Positions 1 through 16,169 of a DNA stretch of 64,000 nt are shown here, piece after piece. Position numbers and translations under genes: made by a program. The stretch is from the human T2T-CHM13v2.0 reference genome, Homo sapiens: assembly GCF_009914755.1 (NCBI RefSeq), contig NC_060925.1; one strand, given 5' to 3'. A model generated the notes under the pieces. It saw nothing but the letters and a program-made list of their open reading frames with translations, was not told where the DNA came from and made no database searches. The stretch's first letter is position 1; each line of letters opens with the position of its first letter.

Positions 1-596
1 AGATTGGAGTGTGTTCAGAACCAGAGGCAAGCAGAATAGTTCAGAGATGTGGGTCGTAATCTGAGTGGGGATATAAGGGCCCCGACACAGGTGCCACCGG
101 GCAGCTGCTGGAAGTGGGTTTGGAGCCGCACAGTGTGCACCAAGGTCAGTCCTGGGTGGGGGACGTGCAGCCAAAGGACCATCCCTGCGGGATTCAGACT
201 CCAGATCCCCTGCTTTCCCATCGCCATGGGATGCCCAGAATGTTAGGAACAAAATCCTTGCTCACGAAGTCGGCCTCACTTTTCCCTGCCCAGCTACTGG
301 CTTCCACGTCCTCGTCTTTATGAACTTTCCATCATGTGTCTAGAATTCCATCCCCTCTGCTCCCTGCTGATTCATGCCCGCCATTTTCCTAGGGAGCTCA
401 GTCAACATTCAGCTCTTCAAAAATTCTTTTTCTGGCCTCATCTCAGGACTGTACTTCATTTTGTAGTTTTTCCACACAGAACTTGTAAGCACTCTTGAAT
501 CATTTCATTTATGTCCCGACTTTTTAGCTAGCACGCTTAAGAGCAACACAGGCCTTGTTTTTCTGTGTATATGCTGAAGCAAGCAGAACTGACCTA

Positions 597-1120
<524 letters not shown>

Positions 1121-1304
1121 CCATACACTGTCTTTCTGGTTTGCTGATTCAATAAATTTTGCCTTGAAAAATTAGAGTCACAATTGTCTTTTGAAAGCCT
1201 TTCTTTGGAGGAAATATCCTCTGAGAAACTATGATTTTTTAGAAAATAATTGGACTTAGAGAAAAGGAGTAGGCTCTGCCTAAGGAAAAAATGTATTACT
1301 TAGT

Positions 1305-1420
1305 CCTTTATCAAACATTTATGGGTTTACTCTGTACTGTGCTAGTTGATGGGAGTGGGACTAGGGTCAAATGAGGACATGGTTTCTGTCCTCCCTGAAC
1401 CCATAGCCTCGTGGCTTGGA
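1305..1420 (-). mobile_element. L2 3' end fragment
   Basis: TCAAACATTTATGGGTTTACTCTGTACTGTGCTAG resembles reverse-complemented L2 terminus; degraded. Confidence 0.5.
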
Positions 1421-1481
1421 GATGGGACACCATGGTGGCAGATGTTGTGTGTGCTTGTGAATCTGAAAGACTGATGCCTGA

Positions 1482-1805
<324 letters not shown>

Positions 1806-1883
1806 TAATGTTCTAACTCATAAGGAAATTTTACCTTCATTCACTACGAGTAGGCTCATACTATACAAATATTAGTTTCTAGA

Positions 1884-2294
1884 GTCCATTGATGGATGAA
1901 GAGATAAACAAAATGTGGTCTATGCATACAATGGCATATTCTTCAGCGTGGAGAAAGAATGAAAGATACGTGCTATAGCGGTAACATGAACCTTGAAGAC
2001 ATTATGCCAAGTGAAATAAGCTAAACACAAAAGCACAAACATTGTATGGTTTTGCTCATGTGACAGGCAAAATCATAGAGAAAGAAAGTAGAATAGAGGT
2101 TGCCAGCAGCTAGAGGGAGGGAGAATGGGTGCCGAGTTTCAGTTTGGGAAAGTGAAAAAGTTCTGGGCATGGCGATTGGTGATGGTTGCAAAACAATGTA
2201 TGAACCACTGCATTAATGTACTTCATGCTCTTGAATAGTACACCTAAAAATGGTTAAATTGATAACTCTCATGTTACATATACCACACAGAAAA
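1884..2294 (+). mobile_element. L1M (L1MB-like) 3' end
   Basis: GTCCATTGATGGATGAAGAGATAAACAAAATGTGG...GAACCTTGAAGACATTATGCCAAGTGAAATAAGC...AAAATGGTTAAA, typical old L1 ORF2 end/3'UTR. Confidence 0.88.
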
Positions 2295-3194
2295 TTGGTT
2301 TTCAGAATAGCTGACAAGCTATGCTTAGATATGTCTTTAAGGCAGGAGGAAGATGGCAGTGGTCATAGCAGTGTGTGGAAAGCAGGAGAGACCCCACATG
2401 TCACCAATTAGCTCTCCAAATCCAGAAAACATCAGGGATGAACAGCCTCCGCTGCCCATGATCCGCGAGCTGTTTCGCTAGCATTCCGAACAATTCTGGC
2501 AAAGGCGGAAACACTGGACCAGGATCTGGGTGACTCTTTCACAGTTGATTGGGTAAGGAGAAGCGCTGTTCTCAGAGAAATGAGAACATGTGTCTTGGAA
2601 GGCTGCCTTTGCTTAATGTTCTACACGATCCAGGAGGCCAGATGGCATTTTATGTGGTTTTCACAACTGTGATTTTGGATTGATTACTAAACCTGTTTGT
2701 GTTCCTAACCCAGCTCGCTGCCTCCCGCCTGCCTTTTAGCTTAACGCTCATTCCCAGAGCTCAGTTTGAACAGGCGCATTGTTTTTATTCTGTTCCTTAT
2801 TATTATTGCGTTGGTGCCAGCCTTTACTACCTTCAGCCCTATTTGCTGCCCAGAGTCTAGTGCAGAAAATGAAATCCTTTTTCCAATAAGTGTGATCAAA
2901 TGAAAGGCTGTCACACTGCATTTACATCCAATTCTGGGTTTTTTTTTTTTTTTTTTTTTTGAGTTTGGGTCGCCCACATGATGGGTTGTAAAAGGATAAA
3001 GGATAATTTCTGATGTCGTGCCAGCTTTTCCTCACCCAGCTGACCTTCTACTATCAGATGGTATTTTCATAGGAAAGGCAAATTAATTTTATATCTAATG
3101 TAAGAAAAACATTATTAGGAAGATTGTAATGAAAATTAAGTAGTTTGCAAAATGTTTTAGAATTTTCATATTACTTTTGCATAAAAAACTTCTT

Positions 3195-3320
3195 TCAGTT
3201 CTTACAACAGTCCTGAGACAGAGTTCAGCAGGTGTCCCCATCTCATGAGGAAACGGAGGCTCAGAGAAGTTAGGGGGCATGTCCAAGGTTGCCCAGCTAA
3301 CATTGGTCAGAGCTGGATCT
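3195..3320 (-). mobile_element. MIR fragment
   Basis: ATGAGGAAACGGAGGCTCAGAGAAGTTA...TCCAAGGTTGCCCAGCTA MIR core. Confidence 0.8.
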
Positions 3321-3879
3321 GGAGAGCTTATCTGCGGGGTCCACATCCAGAATGCTTTCTACCGTTCTGCTGTACCAGCTGGAAAACAAAATCCCATTCG
3401 AGTAAATAATATCAGCAATAGCCACCATTTTAAGCAACTTACCAGGCCATTTACTAAATAAGTCTCCTTGTACTGTAGTAACTCTCATGACTAAGGTCTG
3501 CAGACGACCCATTTAATAGGCTGGCAAAGTGAGTCAGAGATTGCGAGGAGAGGCTGAGAGCTTCCTGGGAACATCTCTGTTGATGTCTTGAACTGGGTTC
3601 CCATTGTTCCAGCAGGGAAACTGAGGATAGCAGACATTGCAAAATGTCCTTCTGTGAAGAGACTTCTAGTCGTTTTGGTGAAAACACAGTGTCCTGCTGC
3701 CTAGCTGAAATCCTGGTATGGATAAGTTTATCTTATCATCTTTCTATTTCTAGTACTTGGCCCAGATCGTGACCTAACAGCAACTATTTGTTGAGTGGAA
3801 CCTCCAAAGATAGCAGTTTCTTCTTGTGGGGAATTACAGTCTATTGATTTGCTCAATGCAAGTTCATTTTATTAAGATT

Positions 3880-4022
3880 TCTTCACCTGTGTGTTTATAT
3901 AAATAGACAGCCAGGCAGTGCATGAAAGTGGCTGCCCGGCCAGAGTCTGGCTGGGCTGCTTCGTTCTACTCTGGGGATTGGACCCAGTAGAATTCTTGGA
4001 CTTGGTGTGGAGTCCCAGGTCA
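3880..4022 (+). repeat. 143-bp local direct duplication, copy 1
   Basis: Ungapped alignment to 5059-5201 with about 16 mismatches by manual count. Confidence 0.95.
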
Positions 4023-4134
4023 AGCCAACTCATTACTTCTACCTCTCCTTTTTAAAAAGGGTTTTCTGTCTTTGGTTCAAGTTCCTCTTAAAACACAATC
4101 ATCATCCCTTCATTGATAGAGGCACAAATGAATT

Positions 4135-4747
<613 letters not shown>

Positions 4748-5058
4748 GAGGCACAAATGAATTTAAACCTCATTGAAATGACAGCGGATGGCCATGGCTC
4801 TACTGTGGTTTCCCTGGGCCACTTTCTTCTCCCGCCTTCCTGCCGCATGCAGGAGTGGAGGCCGAGGCTCCCTGGCCAGGCTGCTCTGGGTTATTACAGT
4901 GATATATCTTGGAACTGAGCTTGAGCAGGGATCCTCCTGTTTCCTGTTGGAATTGATTTTCTGTCCAACTTTCATTTCCTATTGTGCATTCCTTTGGGGT
5001 CAGAGCAGCTTTCTCAGACAAAAGCAGGGCTTTCTGTTTTGGAGATATTCCTGGCGTC

Positions 5059-5201
5059 TCTTCAGCTGCGTGTTTATAGAAATGGACAGCCCGGCAGTGC
5101 ATGAAAGTGGCTGCCTGGCCAAAGTCTGGCCGGGCTGCTTAGTGGTACTCTGGGGGTTGGACCCAGTAGGATTCTTGGACTTGGCGCGGAGTCCCAGATC
5201 A
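5059..5201 (+). repeat. 143-bp local direct duplication, copy 2
   Basis: Matches 3880-4022 (TCTTCA...GGCAGTGCATGAAAGTGGCTGCC...GGAGTCCCAG). Confidence 0.95.
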
Positions 5202-6325
5202 CCCTGTCATTGGCCCTGTATCTTAACTTGTAGGCACGTCTTCATCTGTCAGATGGGCTTTGTTCTCTGAAGCCCGCATCAGAGAGCTCTTCAGAAGAGA
5301 GGAAATGTTATATTGCTGTTATCATTTCAAATGCTTACCGCTAAGTGAATCTGGTTCAAAGCTTAACAGCCTGTGGGTGAACCGCAAAAGCTCAATTGGA
5401 TCTCAAAGAAATCCCTGGTCAAGCCCTGTGCCTTCTAGTACCCAATTATTTATCAATAAGTGTGAAGATTGCAACCTCCAGATTATTCAGCCATTGTTGA
5501 GATGTGTAAAAACGGTATCCCCAGCACCTTGAAAGGCTAAGTAGGATCAACCCCCCAGTTGTTGTTCACTTTCTGTGTCCTCAGAATCCACTTTTGTTTC
5601 AGTCCTTCTAACCCATTCTCATTGTTTTCTGTCAGTGTTGGAATAAGTGGAATAGCAGGGTCCATAAACTCTACCACTTGATTGTCAGGAATGAAGAATT
5701 TGGTTTTCTCTGTTGTCATAACATTCGTGAGTACATCTGTAAGCAGGCATTTTCCCATCATCTTTCCCGCATTTCTAATGAATGTGACATCAGTCTATTT
5801 GCTGCTTCATAATCAAGGTCCTGTTTGTTGATATGTAATCAAAGCAACCGGATTATGTTTGTCAGTACGAGTCAGAAAAATCTAATATATATTTACTCTG
5901 ATGCCATAAGGAGTGTCAGCCTTTGCTGGCCTCAATAATCTCGTCTTGGGAGAGAAAGCTCATAATGTGGTGAAGATACCGTTTTGGGATTATTTCTAGA
6001 ACGTGATAGTTGTGCCGTGCACATACATGTCCAAATGCATTGAGTCATGTGATAGCATCCAGTTTTATGCAACCAAAATTGGACATTATATTGTTTGGAT
6101 AGAGTGCTCAAGATGGGTGGTTCCTGGATAGAGTGTTGAAGGCAGTGGTGCCATCAATTCAGCAGCAAGGAACTTAATAGCTTTCTCATCACAGTCCTCA
6201 CCTCCTCCCTCCTTTTTCTGTGTCACAGAAGCAGTAAGAAACATCGAGGAATTTCCCAACATATCAGGGAATTTGTTATTTCTTCTAAAACATAAGGAAG
6301 TACGTGGCAATATAAATGGCAAATG

Positions 6326-6635
<310 letters not shown>

Positions 6636-6684
6636 AAATGGCAAATGGACATTTACATGGTGATTAGAAAATTAGAATACACCG

Positions 6685-7152
<468 letters not shown>

Positions 7153-8251
7153 AACTCAGTACATCAACTTACATGATTTATTCGCACAATCTTAGCAGAA
7201 TTAATTTGGATTTGTTAATTGTTTGCATCTGGCTAATTATTGCCTGCACACCGTAAGACTATCTAACAGTAGTAGTTTCTTATATTAACTAAAGGTGCTG
7301 TGAAGGAAACATGGAATTCCCCCAAAATCAAAACTAAAAGAAACTTCTGCTTTAGAGCAAACACTGATAAAATATACATAAGGCACCCTAGCTGCACTGG
7401 GCCCTTCTGCCCTCTTCAGCAAGTCCTGCCTGAGGTGCACACAATTATTACTGGCTCTTGTGCCACAAAGTGACATCGTCTTTGGCTGTGACACCACATG
7501 AAGAGGGAAGGAGGTGTGAGACTGTGAAGACACTCAGTACAGGTGCAGCCTCCTCCACAGAGTAAATGTGATACTTCTCGAGTTAATGACTATGTTGGGA
7601 AGTTTTCCAACTCCACCATCTTCCCTGCTTCAACGAGGATCCCAGGGGGAAGCTCACAGATTTGCAGATCTTTTTACACTAAGGAAGAATAAAGCAGCAT
7701 TCCAGTTGCAGGAGTATAAGCCAGCCACAGACCCAGGGGGCACATCTTACACTGTCTTTGGGAGAAAGAAAAAGTACTAATAACAAATAAATCTGATGGG
7801 ATTTCAGATGGATTCCAGTCTCATTCTTTTGTGATAGCAGGGAGTGAGGTTTTGATATATTCCCTCTAGAGATGGTTCTAAACATGGAGACCCATCGATA
7901 TCCAGGTATACCTCCTCTCCTCTCTGATCAATCCAATTGCTAAACAAGACCAGAGCAAGGCTCAGTAGTTGATGGCAAGTGCTTCTGCTAATTGCCTTGC
8001 GATTGGGGAATCAGGAGGATGTTTTTATTCAGGAAGGCATGTCTGACCAATGAAACAAAATGCAGTTGGTATCATTTTAGATTTGGCTCTTGAATCGTCA
8101 GAAATATGTGCCTTCACTAACTTTGAGGAGGAAGTATCCCTTCTCTTTGGGTATCTCTGGGAAGTTGCTTTATTGATTTTTCACCAGTTTGCAGACAAGC
8201 CCAAGTCTAAAAAAAATTCAGATGTAGCCTAATACTGCAAGCCTTTCTTTT

Positions 8252-8360
8252 ATCTGTCTATCTATCCATCTGCCTGTCTGCCTGTCTGCCTGTCCATCCA
8301 TCCATACGTCCATCCCTCCATCCATCCATCCATCCATCCATCCGTCTACCTACATGCCTG
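8252..8360. repeat. Compound (TCTA/TCTG/TCCA)n microsatellite
   Basis: Direct reading of tetranucleotide runs. Confidence 0.9.
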
Positions 8361-8500
8361 CCTACCTCAGCCTCCCGGATGTTTGAGGCTGCAGTGAGCT
8401 ATGATCACACCACTGCAGTCCAAACTGAGTGATTCATGATTGCACCACTGGACTCCAGACCAAGTGACAGAACGAGACAGACCCATCTTTAAAAAAAAAA
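8361..8500 (+). mobile_element. Rearranged AluJ/FRAM-like 3' fragment
   Basis: GAGGCTGCAGTGAGCTATGATCACACCACTGC, an internal repeat of that segment, then A tail. Confidence 0.75.
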
Positions 8501-8821
8501 ATGATTATGAGAGGTCTCAGTGCAGAAATGGCTTCCTCCTGCCCATTGTGCCAGCTTGCCCAGGCCCAGAGGTTGAGTCATGATATGAATGTGCTGTGTA
8601 GTGTCCAGCACCAGAAGTGTGGGTATAGTGGAGGAAAAAGATACAGAGCCAGAACCAGGACATGGAAACATTTTTAAGCTATATGTTTTTAAAAATCACC
8701 ACCCCCATGCTAGAGAGAGGACTGAATTAGGTTTCTGTTTTCTCTCTAAAATTGATATAACAAAATTGTTGTCATGTGAAGAGAAAATCAAAGAGTATGC
8801 TGACAAAATATGTGGGAAAAT

Positions 8822-10150
8822 CTAAAGCACAGGGACAAACGAAAAAAATAGATGACTTGGGACTATATCAAAATGGAAAGCTTTTTTTGTTGCAAATGGT
8901 ACCATCCAGAAAATGACAAAAGCAACCCACAGAATGGGAGAAAATTTTTGCAAATCACATATTTGATAAAGAACCTGTACCCAGAATATATGAAAGACTC
9001 TTGCCACTCAATAATAAAAAGACAAGTCAATTATAAAAATGAGTAAAAGATTTGAATAGACATTTCTCCAAAGAAGATATACAGATGGCCAATAAACACA
9101 TGAAAAGATAATTCAGCAGCATTAGCTATCAGGGAAACACAAGTCAAAACTACAATGAGATACCCCTCATTTATACTCGCATGGCTAGAATAAAAAAGAT
9201 AAACAATATGAAGTGTTGATGAGGATGTGGAGAAATTGAATCCTTATACATTGCTGTTGAAAATGTGAAATGAGGCCGGTCGCAGTGGCTCACGCCTGTA
9301 ATCCCAGCACTTTGGGAGGCCGAGGCAGGTGGATCACGAGGTCAGGAGATCGAGACCATCCTGGCTAACATGGTGAAACCCCGTCTCTACTAAAAATACA
9401 AAAAATTAGCCGGGTGTGGTGGCGGGCGCCTGTAGTCCCAGCTACTCGGGAGACTGAGGCAGAAGAATGGCTTGAACCCGGTAGGCAGAGCTTTAGTGAG
9501 CCGAGATCGCACCACTGCACTCCAGCCTGGGTGACAGAGCGAGACGACTCCTCAAAAAAAAAAAAAAAAAAAAGAAAAGAAAATGTGAAACGATATAGCC
9601 CCTGTGGAAGAGAACTTGGCACTTTCTCAGAGAGTTAAACACAATGTTATCATATGACCCAACAATTCTACCCTTGTTATGAAAAAACATGTATCCACAA
9701 AACCTTGTACATGAATGTTTATAGCAACATTATTCATAATAGCCCCCAAATAGAAACAACCCAAATGTCTATCAACTGAAGAATGGATAAACAAAATGTG
9801 GCATGATCTATATAATGGAATATTACTTGGCAGTGAAAAGGAATGAAGTGTGGTTCATTCATTGAAATATTATGGTAAGTGAAAGAACCTAGACACAAAA
9901 GATGACATATTGTATGATTCCTTTGATATAAAGTGTCTAGAAGAGGCAAATCTGTAGATACAGTATGTAGATTCCTCATTCTCAGGGGCTGAATTGGGAC
10001 GTTGCAGCTAATGCATATGGAATTTATTTTAGGAGATAATGAAAATGTTCTAAATTCGATGATGGTTGCACAACCCTGTAAATATACTAAAAAGCATAGA
10101 ATTGTACAATATAAATGGATGAATTATATTTCAATAGAGCTGTTTTAAAA
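8822..10150 (+). mobile_element. L1M ORF2 3' part and 3'UTR, interrupted by AluY
   Basis: CAACCCACAGAATGGGAGAAAATTTTTGCAAATC, AGACATTTCTCCAAAGAAGATATACAGATGGCCAATAAACACATGAAAAGAT, CAACCCAAATGTCTATCAACTGAAGAATGGATAAACAAAATGTGG. Confidence 0.93.
9274..9578 (+). mobile_element. AluY, full length, inside L1M
   Basis: GATCACGAGGTCAGGAGATCGAGACCATCCTGGCTAAC diagnostic; TSD GAAAATGTGAAA on both sides. Confidence 0.96.
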
Positions 10151-11245
10151 ATATTGAAAACCAGAGATACCTGTCTGTGCTCTAAAATGTATCCACTGCC
10201 TTCTAGATACAGTCTAAACTCTGCAGCTTGGCTTTTAAAGCCTTTTATTTATATGGAATCCTCCCCACCCCCCACCATCTATACATTTGTAAACCTTACA
10301 TGTTATTCAAATGCCATAATTCGTCAAACTGGATATGTTTTCTCCTTCCAGAAAGATATTCCTTCATCCCTCTTATAAGCCTTAGCACTGTCTGCCTTGC
10401 GTTATATTTATTTCTGTATCTGTCATATGATCTCTATCTGATCGAGAGCTCTTTAAGGCCGGGATGTCGGCTTGCTCATATTGGCATCCTTCAGGACACC
10501 TGACCCCTAAACTTATCTGATTGGTACGTGATACATTTTTATCACTGGATAGAATGAATGGGTTGTGAAATTATTAGATGTGATCCCAGATAGGATACTG
10601 TTTTTACTAATCTCTTTCACAAGGGTCTTTCAAGAACAATGCAGGATCAAACTTATAAAGAGATTTTTGAAACTCTCAAAACTCTGTGCAGGGTATTATT
10701 ATTATCTGTAATCCTGGTAACTATTCAAATTAGTGTCAATTAACTTTTGGCTGCACTCTTAAGATTCTTTATCATCTACATTAGTTTGTCAGATGAGGTA
10801 ATGCACTTTTTCTGGGTACAGTTGTCTTTGAAGAGATTGGCAGCGTTTCATAGTTGTAAACAAAACCGTCTCATATGCCGGACCGTGACAAAGAGGGACT
10901 AGGACGCCAGAAGCTCTGTGAAAACACTTAAATCCATTTCAGCGAGGAGGAATTGTGATCTGGTAAATAAATTAGTGTTCTGCTCTGTTCCTTGGCTCCT
11001 CTGCTAATGAATGGGCCCCAGAGATTTTTTTTTGTCTTGGGTGATAAGCCCCTAATATCTATTCAAGTTCAGCATAAAGCTCATTTTCTCTAGAAATCTT
11101 TGTTTAAAAACAGAATTTTTCCAGTAAATATATTTATCAAATTAAAAGTATTTCAGATACACAGAGAGTGATATAACAAACAAACCACCGCCTGTGTCTA
11201 ACAAATGCTGGCTTTTTGTCATATCTGCTTTGGATGTTTTTTTAG

Positions 11246-11624
<379 letters not shown>

Positions 11625-12145
11625 TAACTCTTGAGACCATTTTCTATTTCAAAACTGTCCATCTGACTCGTTTCTATTACTCTGAAATAATAGAATCTCA
11701 GAATTCTGTGATCTACCTTCAAGCCGATTAAATGGGAATTTTTCCCAGAGAGAGTTTAAACCGGCCTCTGGGTTAGGGGAGAAGTATAGACCCCAAAGAC
11801 CCTTACAGAGAAATACTTGTCATCACGCTCCTGGAATTCTGGGAGAGGGAGAGGCATGAGAAGGCTGTGTGGCCTTGTCTTTGAAATACAGAAGTTTGGT
11901 GACGCCTGGAACATTTTTTACATGACAAATATGGTGAAATTTAACAGGCTATCAAAGTGCAGATCAGGCCAACTGAATAGCAGTTTTGGGGAAAATGACA
12001 AGGTGCTAGGTAGTGGAGAGAGGAAGATTAAATAACCTACTTGGGTCTATGTGCTCGTGAAGACACGCTCATATGTCTTCCTTGCATGGATACCTGCCTT
12101 GCTCTAAAATAAACTTGAAGTGTGTTTTTAAAAAAAGCATGTGTG

Positions 12146-12374
12146 CAGCCTGGGTAACATAGTGAGACCTTGCTTCTACAAAATACAAAATAAAAAGAGT
12201 AGCCGGGCATGGTAGCGTGCACCTGTAGTCCCAGCTACATGGGAGGCGGAGGCGGGAGGATCACCTGAGCTGAGGAGGTTGAGTTTGAGGCTGCAGTGAG
12301 CTGTGATTGCACCACTTCACCCTGGCCTGGGCAACAGAATAAGACCCTGTCTCAAAACAAGACAAAACAAAAAC
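12146..12374 (+). mobile_element. 5'-truncated AluJ-like element
   Basis: CAGCCTGGGTAACATAGTGAGACC...GAGGCTGCAGTGAGCTGTGATTGCACC...CCCTGTCTCAAAAC. Confidence 0.9.
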
Positions 12375-12832
12375 ATGAATGGAACAAGAAAGAATCATGA
12401 GGTGAGGAAATGAAGGTTAAGGGAAGATGAGGATCAGAGGGAGTAACAGGTTCAGTTCTAAGATGAGGTCCGCATGTGGAATACATACCATTAGGCACGA
12501 AGCTCGGGCTGGAAGTACCCTACAGACTGCACCATGAGCTTCTCAACAGACAGTGGGTAAAGGAGTCAGTGACAGAATCTAGGGCTTTTAAGATAAAAGC
12601 AAACCAGTTGGCCAAGGAAGAATGGCTATTTCCAGCACAGATGCCTGAGGGCCATTTTTTCTGAGGATGTGGCTCTCACCCTTGATGGACAATCAGGACA
12701 TTCTAGCAAATGTGCATTGTGCTCTAGAGGGGTGTGTGCAGGGAGCATAGCTGAGGGATGGAGGGGCTCATGTGCATCAGGATTGCCTGGAATACCAGGG
12801 ATTATTAGTGCCAATAATGCTGTCAATGACGT

Positions 12833-13391
12833 TGTGATGGTTAATTTTCTGTGTCAACTTGACTGGGCCGCGGGATGCCCAGATATTTGGTCAAACGTTG
12901 TTCTTGGGTGTGTCTGTGAACAAATAGCCCTCACTGGTGCAGGTGAGTCTCATCCAATCGGTCGAAGGCCTGAGTAGAACTGGCCTTCCCGTGAGTCAGA
13001 TGGAAGTCCTCTTGCCTGACTGCTCGATCTGGGACATGCTGCTTTGGGACTCCAGCTGAAACATCAGTTCTTCCTGGGTCTCAAGGCTGCCAGCCTTTGG
13101 GATGGAATGACGCCATCGGGTCTCCTGGTTCTCAGCCCTTTGGACTACCACTGGGACTGTGGTGATAGTCTCTCTTGGGTCGCCAGCTGGCCAACTGCAG
13201 ATCTTGGGATCTGTCATTCTCCATCTTATGATAAATCAATAAATACCTCTCTCATTATATATATAATATATAATATGAAATAAATTAATAAATATCTCTC
13301 ACTATATATAGTGATATATATATATTAGGTATATTTTATATATATGTATATCCTATTAGTCCTGTTTCTCCAGAGAACTCTGGCGAATACA
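12833..13391 (+). mobile_element. MLT2-family (ERVL) solo LTR
   Basis: Start TGTGATGGTTAATTTTCTGTGTCAACTTGACTGGGCC, end CCTATTAGTCCTGTTTCTCCAGAGAACTCTGGCGAATACA; 5-bp TSD GACGT/GACAT. Confidence 0.9.
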
Positions 13392-13895
13392 GACATTCCA
13401 TATGCAAAGAGAGGCCGCGTGGTCTTAGGTACTAGTTGTAAAATTATAATATATATTATATTATATATAATATTTAATATATATAATAAATCAATAAATA
13501 TATATCTCACTATATATATCTCTTACTATATATATAAATCAATAAATATCTCTCTCTCACTATATGTATATATATCCTATTAGTCCTGTTTCTCCAGAGA
13601 ACTCTGGCCAATACAAACACTCCATATGCAAAGAGAGGTCACGTGATCTTAGGTACTAGTTGTAACATTATAATATATATTATATATAATATTTATTTTA
13701 TATAATAAATCAATAAATATATATCTCACTATATATAAATATCTCTCACTATATATACATATCAATCAATAAATATCTCTCTCTCACTATATGTATATAT
13801 ATATATCCTATTAGTTCTGTTTCTCCAGAGAACCCTGGCAAATACAAACATTCCATATGCCAAGAGAGATAGCGTGGTCTTAGGTACTAGTTGTA
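13231..13895 (+). repeat. Three tandem copies of a ~225-230 bp unit (AT-rich LTR segment, LTR end and flank)
   Basis: TCCTATTAGT...CCATATGC...TCTTAGGTACTAGTTGTA core starts at 13351, 13575 and 13806. Confidence 0.95.
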
Positions 13896-14019
13896 CAATT
13901 ATTTTACATTTGAAGAGGTAAACCTTTGGGTTCATAGGCTTTCTAACTGATGTCATGGAGTGGTGGGAGGGTTTTGTTTTCCCTTATCCATTAACTTTAT
14001 TCTTAAAATAACAATATCA

Positions 14020-14150
14020 CTAATAACATTTATGGCATACTTGTAAGCACTTCACATATATTCTCTCACTTAGCATCATGACAATATTCTAAGGGGACTG
14101 AGGCACTCAGAGCTTAGGAAACTCGTTCAAGGTCACCTAGCTAGGAAACG
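14020..14150 (-). mobile_element. MIR fragment
   Basis: TAAGCACTTCACATATATT...GACTGAGGCAC...CAAGGTCACCTAGCTAG. Confidence 0.7.
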
Positions 14151-15067
14151 ATGTGCTGTTTTCAAGGCCCTCATCTGAATAAAACTATCTTCCCTTTACT
14201 CTCAGCGGTGAAAATGGGGGAGAGATCTGTATTGGAAGCTCATTCAGATGTTGCCTTCTTTTGCACTCGAAGGCTTTGCTCTCTGAAGGCAGGAAGCAGC
14301 AGGCACGTGTGCAGGGAAGGCTGTGTATGTGGCATGTGCAGGCAGCAGCAGCAACGCGGGACGATGGGGAGAGAGCCCAGGGGAGGGAGGATGCCTGCAG
14401 AAGCGGCTGTGATGTGTGGGAAGCCCCGCTGGGCCGGCACTGTGGAAAGGTGACCTGCAGAGCCACAGCTGCAAATGAACCACTAATTTTCCCATCTCTG
14501 CTTGCAATTTACAAAGCACTTTCCTGGTGTCATGAGTAGCTCCCAAGTATCAGAGCAGGGATTGAAACTTAAGTTGTTTGACGCTACACTCTGATTTCCT
14601 CACCCCACCTCACTGTCTTGCCAGTTCCAACTGTACCCCTCAGGAATTTCTATCAGGAGTCTGTGTCAACATCAGCATGAAGCTGAAGAAGGAGAAAGGA
14701 AATGGGGCAACAAAGCACACAGATGTTCCTAAAAAGCAAAAGCGGAAGAGAGAAGCTAGACTCGCCTGTCTCTGGTTTTTCTCACCGCCTGATTGTTCCT
14801 TTCAGATGACCCGCATCTCTCGGAGCTGACCTCAGCTCAGCAAGGGTGCCTGTGACCCATGGAGCAGTGGCCACTATCTCTGCATTGTGGGAGGGTGGTC
14901 CGTGTTGGGTCTGCAGGGTCGTTGTCACAGCGATGAATGTGTAGATCTGTGCTTGCTGAAGCTCAGGCTGGTCGCTGTCTTGTCATCGTCTCCTGTTACA
15001 CAGCTTTCAGGCTGCTTTTTTGGGGAAGTTAGACTCGCCTGCTCTTTTTTGGGGAAGTTCCACCTCA

Positions 15068-15562
<495 letters not shown>

Positions 15563-16169
15563 AATCACCGTTTAACTCAGAATCAGCCACGCTGAATTGA
15601 GGTGAGGTTTTATGCATATCAGATTGAAGACCTCCTCCGGGGAGTGGTAGGCTGATGGCTTAGTCATCCTATAAAGAGCCCAGCATCTGACTGCACAGCT
15701 GGGTCTACCTACAGCATGGAGATGGCTATCTGGGAATAATGGGCACTAGAATTGGAGGATCCTGATGAACCACTTCCTGGCCCCTTGCTTGTGCCACCTC
15801 CCTTCCCGCCAGGTAAATATTGCTTAGACACCCAGCTTCTGATTAAAGCCACATGATGGAACTTGTCCTAAGGATGCAACTGATGGCCCGTGTCAGCTTG
15901 TTGGAGTTAAAAAATATATTTTAATTTGTTTAGCTCTCTGGGGAAATTATCTGAGCCTGCATGTGATAATCAACTTTCACATGAGCTTTCAAGAGACCTG
16001 AAATGATTTGAGCAACAAAATGAGATTTTTAATCTACATAAATACAGGAGTCGTTTGCCTCTCTTTTTGTGTGTATGCGAGAGGAGGGGAGCTTAAAACA
16101 ATTCTAATTCATTCCTTTTCTTCTCCCCTAGGACACTCATTAGCAATGGTAGGAAAATGGTCACAGGAG

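Noticed and set aside
8640-8820. Possible hAT-Charlie fragment before the L1
   Set aside because: Resemblance too weak to call without a Dfam search
14770-14850. Strong + strand acceptor TTGTTCCTTTCAG
   Set aside because: No convincing downstream donor and no recognisable reading frame
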